From positions 23,312,001 through 23,376,000 of the forward strand of contig CM052847.1 in the NCBI GenBank assembly GCA_028534125.1: a DNA stretch of 64,000 nucleotides, in the 5' to 3' direction. A program made the translations under genes and the position numbers. Shown here piece by piece: positions 62,765 to 64,000 of this stretch. The first letter of the stretch is position 1; every line of letters begins with the position of its first letter. The DNA is from Lama glama. Lineage: Eukaryota. A model generated the notes under the pieces. It was not told the DNA's origin. It ran no database searches and was given only the letters and a program-made list of their open reading frames with translations.

Positions 62765-63055
62765 AGGGTGACAGATGTGTGTGAAGGGCCAGGTGGCTTC
62801 TGTCTGAATCACTCAGTTCTGTTGCTGTGACGCAGGCACAGCCCTCAGATAAGTGAGCAAGGATCTGGTCGTGTAGAACCTTACTTGTGGGCACAGAAGT
62901 GGGAGCTTCGTGTAATTTTCCCCTCGTGAAATGTCATTCTATGGATTTCTCCAACAGTTTGGAAGTGTAAATGCTATTTTTAGCTTGCGGGCTCTATAAA
63001 AATAGGTAGTAGCTGGATTTGGCCAGATCTGGGCTTGTAGTTTGCTGGCTCCTGT
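62765..63055 (+). mobile_element. MER58B-like hAT-Charlie element
   Basis: ...tttttagcttgcgggctctataaaaataggtagtagctggatttggcc...tagtttgctggctcctg matches the recalled MER58B end. Confidence 0.65.
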
Positions 63056-64000
63056 TCTGAGACACACAAGGAGAAAGGCAAACTTTGGAGAATTAACTTC
63101 TGACGCTGACTTTCTTTTCAAAAAGAATTGGTTTGAGTCTGATAGTTTGAGCTTTAAATTTTTAAATTTTTCAACTTCTGTCTCGTCCGTTTATTCAGTC
63201 AACAAGTATTTGAGCACCAACCTGGGTAGTTGCTGGGATGAACTGGGCGAGGCGTCCACTCCTCGTCTGGGTTCGTGTCCAGCAAGGGCAGTGAGGCCTG
63301 AGCAGGCCTCCGGCTCCGAGCCAGAGGCTGGGGCTTAGTCCTGGTCTCACGTCAGCTTTCCTGTCCCCGTGAAGAGGGGTTGAGACAAGGCGACCCCAAA
63401 GACCTCACTTCCCTGCGCACACTGTTCTCCAGACTAACCTTCCGGCAGAATGTGACTGTGAGGCCAGCAACCCGTTTACCCGCCGTGACCAGCCTGCCTC
63501 CAGGCGCAGCAGCGGGCTGTGCGGGTAGGACCAGCTTGTGTGCCCCTCACGGGGTGGGGGCGGGGGCGCCTCGGGGGTCAGGGCGTCGCTCTGCCATCTA
63601 CCCTGTCAGGCTGCTGGGGTCTCAAAAAGTCAAGGCGACAGGCGCAGCCTCTCCCTCCTCCCCGTGTGACGTCAGAGGAGGGGTTTCTGGCGTCCTGGCC
63701 CAAACAGGATAACCCGGTGCTCCAATTTCCTGAAGTCGACACCAAAGTCCCCAGGATGCCCGGATTCTTTTTAAACAGAATCGTCCTTAGTGCCTGACTG
63801 ATCATCCATCAGGAGAGGCCAGCACGTTTGCTCTTAGTTTCTAACTAGCAAAAGCTGCGGGATGTGAGGAGAAACACTGCAGCAGCTATTTAGAGAACCC
63901 CTAGTTCTCTGTAATGTGAGTGATTAAACCCTCCATTTGGTCTGTTTAGAGTCCAAGTCAAATATTCAGGTGTCAACATGTTAATAGATGTTTCGTTCGT

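Noticed and set aside
1-64000. Prokaryote-type systems (CRISPR arrays, operons) or U12-type introns
   Set aside because: The sequence is mammalian intron/exon DNA; there is no spacer-repeat array, and no mapped donor has the U12 GTATCC/ATATCC signature

Overview
Mammalian, GC-rich genomic DNA carrying the 3' part of DIP2C (disco-interacting protein 2 homolog C) on the + strand. I mapped 20 constitutive coding exons (868 to the TAG ending at 58189). All have GT-AG boundaries, and their phases join into one open frame of 2680 nt (about 892 codons). They encode most of the first and all of the second AMP-binding / fatty-acyl-AMP-ligase-like domain (FLD1, FLD2). A roughly 2.4-2.7 kb 3' UTR follows. 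Introns hold old L1M, L2, MIR, MER and MLT relics, a near-full-length Tigger1 containing a tRNA-derived SINE that resembles camelid Vic-1 (suggesting a camelid host), and two younger L1 3' ends with target-site duplications. There are four N gaps. Most ORF-track entries are spurious. The most interesting signals concern splicing and are invisible to the ORF track: (1) a 30-nt in-frame microexon (PHRLWTLAEQ, 40759-40788) behind a ~206-nt AG-free zone; (2) a candidate 45-nt stop-containing poison exon (14131-14175); (3) an exon that starts with a donor consensus and so regenerates a 5' splice site (16089); (4) a nine-run G-quadruplex just upstream of an acceptor. I found no evidence of a wholly new biological system. 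Gene and repeat identities come from recalled sequences, not from database searches.
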